From positions 21,762,001 through 21,826,000 of the forward strand of contig CDPCPM010000056.1 in the NCBI GenBank assembly GCA_976551045.1: DNA of 64,000 bases, written 5' to 3'. Source of the stretch: Glaucostegus cemiculus (lineage: Eukaryota). Position 1 is the stretch's first letter, and every line of letters starts with the position of its first letter. The notes beneath the pieces were generated by a model, which was given only the letters and a program-made list of their open reading frames with translations, had not been told where the DNA came from and did not search any database. Positions 61,950 to 64,000 of this stretch are shown in pieces. The translations under genes were made by a program, and so were the position numbers.

Positions 61950-62200
61950 ACTGTAGCGACTCACGCTACCAAGGTCTGAAATGCCGTTGGCCGTCGCGGG
62001 GAAACGCGCAAGTTCCCGCGATAGCGCCAGAAGGCGGGACTTCCGGTGGGAGTATGACGTCGCTTCCGCCAGCCATGTTTTTGTAGTTCGGGATATGCGC
62101 GGCTTCTGGTGAGCTATTAAAAGCGTGCTCGATCGAGTCTCCGTGTCCTCGTGTTCTTCTAAGTCGCACCCTGCTGGCTGCTACACTACTTCCTTTCTCC
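61950..62200. promoter_or_regulatory. CpG-island-like, probably bidirectional Pol II promoter with short first exons
   Basis: The only strongly CpG-dense segment of the window. Motifs: GC box GGCGGG (62033-62038), ETS/GABP ACTTCCGG (62039-62046), CRE-like TGACGTC (62055-62061), GCTTCCG (62062-62068), YY1-like GCCATGTT (62072-62079) and ACTACA on the minus strand (62082-62087). Donors: CTG|GTGAGC (+, 62109) and AGC|GTGAGT (-, 61964). Confidence 0.75.
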
Positions 62201-62899
62201 CATAAGAGTTGTCTCCAGGTCACTAATATAGAAAAATCTAATATCAAGATGTTTCAACTTGTGCACCTTGTCAATTAGTTATGATTTTCCTGGAGGTAAT
62301 AGGAATGCTGTATGCTTAAGGAGTTCATGTAACTTTATATTCATTTGAAATTAAACCCAGAATGAAACTGAAGTCCAAAAATGTAGCATTTTCTTAGAAG
62401 TAGGAGTGGGGTATTCCTGTGCTATATTAAAAAAAAAGTGCTTCTGCAAATCAATATATATAAACTTGGTAAAATGGTATTGGTTTGGGTGTACTTTTAT
62501 TCTCCTTTTATAAAATAAATCAAGAGATTAGGCTGCATTTTCTTTGCAAAAACTAAGGCCTTGAAATTGGGGTGCAATGTCAGTGTTTTTTGTGAGTTGG
62601 TGTGGGAAGTTGCATATATTAATTGAGGCCATGTGAGATTGGTCCATCAGCCTCAATTTTTGCGATCAGAGAGGTAAAGGCATGGAAGCTGTTTGGCAGG
62701 GAACCAGGATTACCCACTTCTGATGCCAACACAAAGATTATTAAGTCCAAAAAGTTGGGCAGCTGTCAGTCTTCCATGAATTTAATGAGAGAATACTTCT
62801 TCACCCAGCTCCACAAGGATAAGTAAACTAATTAAAACAAAACTTTCCAGAGGCAGAATAAAGGGATTACTACTTTAGCTGTTAATTGCTTAAGAATAC

Positions 62900-63215
62900 T
62901 CAAAGACTTGCACTCTTCATGACCTTTGAGCATACTGAAGCAATTTATAGCTAATGAATACTTTCAAAGTGTAGTCACTTTTGTAATATAGGAAATCAGC
63001 CAACTTGAGATCAGCAAGTTCCCAAGAATAACAAGATGATCATAACCACATAGTGACATTGATTGAGTAGTGGATATTAGCCAGGACACAAGAGATAACA
63101 CTACTACACTCCTATTGTGACCACCAGAGACTGTAAACCAAGCTTCCATTTAATGTTTTACCCAAAAGACATTGGCTGTCTCAGTGCAGCACTGCTGCAT
63201 TACCACTCTGGAGCA
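62900..63215 (-). mobile_element. DeuSINE relic
   Basis: AAGTGTAGTCACTTTTGTAATATAGGAAA..GATTGAGTAGTGGATATTAGCCAGGACAC..TTTAATGTTTTACCCAAAAGAC..CAGTGCAGCACT is the reverse complement of the Deu domain. Confidence 0.8.
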
Positions 63216-63589
63216 TGCCCAACTCTGTTGCAGTCAGTGCCTATGAATTTTGGAAAAGGTCTTTACCCCTAGTTTGCAAATAGAAAGGTGTTGAAGCCTG
63301 TTTGATACTTAAGTTTGGAAATCATTTACCATTCTTTCGGGCTCTGCATTTCTGGAGCCAAGTAATGGCTACTCATCATATTTGAATACTTAGATGATAC
63401 TTTTATGTCTACAACGCTCCCTCTCAGGCTTAATTTATCTCTCTGTTGGGAAACTCTAGAGATTCCACACCCCATCCCTGTTTTGGGCTGCTGAGCATCA
63501 GATCACCCTGAGGAGTGCTCTGGATCACTGACCATCCAATAACTATTCTGAATTCTGAAGTAAGCATTTTCAAGATGTAGGTGGCTGTA

Positions 63590-63990
63590 CATTATATAGA
63601 AGATACAACATAGATATACTGTGCATGTTTTCTCTCATGCACCTATCTCATCTCAGCTCATTAACTTACCTCTCAATTCTCTTTCCTCTCTTGCACTAAT
63701 CTAATTTACTTATGAAAGTATCTAACCTATGGGTCTTAAGCACAACCTGTAGTAGCAAGCTTTCTGATGGAAGGAATTTCTGTTTATTTCCCTATTGGAT
63801 TTATTAGTAACTGTTAGATTTATGGTTCAAATTTTAGACTCTCCCATGAGCAAGTATTCTCACTACATCTGTCTTGTCTAGCTCATTCAGATTTACCGAG
63901 ATCTCACCCCTTTAAGATCTCTTTTATTAAAAGAAAAGAATCCAAACTGATAATTCTAACATTGAGCTCAGCTTGAAGTTATGCCCAGCC
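63590..63990 (-). mobile_element. CR1 3' tail fragment
   Basis: ATAGAAGATACAACA is a reversed tail. TCCCTATTGGATTTATTAGTAACT and GATCTCACCCCTTTAAGATCTCTTTT..AAAAGAA are reversed CR1 C-terminal segments. Confidence 0.65.
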
Positions 63991-64000
63991 ATTTGCAATG

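Larger units (their letters stand above)
15179..64000 (+). other. ERI3: Probable final intron of ERI3, extending beyond the window
   Basis: Starts with GTGAGT. I found no exon encoding the expected DDCKNIANIMKTLA-like terminus by eye, so a diverged exon could have been missed. Confidence 0.6.

Noticed and set aside
62056-62076. MAGGSDV resembling the DMAP1 N-terminus (MATGADV), DMAP1 being a neighbour of ERI3 in human as I recall
   Set aside because: Similarity ends after 7 residues, the frame stops at codon 37, and no DMAP1-like exons are visible on the minus strand.
1-64000. The remaining 60-130 aa ORFs in the ORF track
   Set aside because: No recognisable domains, composition typical of translated AT-rich non-coding DNA, many non-ATG starts, and no supporting splice structure.

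Overview
AT-rich, CpG-depleted vertebrate DNA, most likely from a cartilaginous fish (shark or ray). That call rests on the repeat mix: CR1/HER1-type LINEs, HE1/V-SINE-type and DeuSINE-type SINEs, and Penelope-like termini. I can support only one protein-coding exon: 15079-15178 (+), 100 nt, encoding AYSFAMGNYPKNGLPFMIKGLNLQHIGKLHSGI. I recognise it as the penultimate coding exon of ERI3 (ERI1 exoribonuclease family member 3). I found neither flanking ERI3 exon by eye, so the rest of the window is probably ERI3 intron. It alternates between clusters of decayed, often nested retroelements and TE-poor stretches that look like conserved non-coding elements, which I cannot confirm without alignments. 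The most notable observations are: (1) a compact CpG-island-like, apparently bidirectional promoter at about 61.95-62.2 kb, with a splice donor on each strand and no identifiable gene; (2) two non-L1 LINE relics with twin-priming-like 5' inversions; (3) seven relics of a Penelope-like element that together reconstruct a minimal hammerhead ribozyme; (4) one SINE head found with two different LINE-derived tails; (5) a solo LTR with a target-site duplication; (6) two long hairpins and a recent 104-bp tandem duplication. I see no clearly new multi-gene system. Repeat boundaries are approximate (tens of bp), and family names come from recognition, not from a database search.
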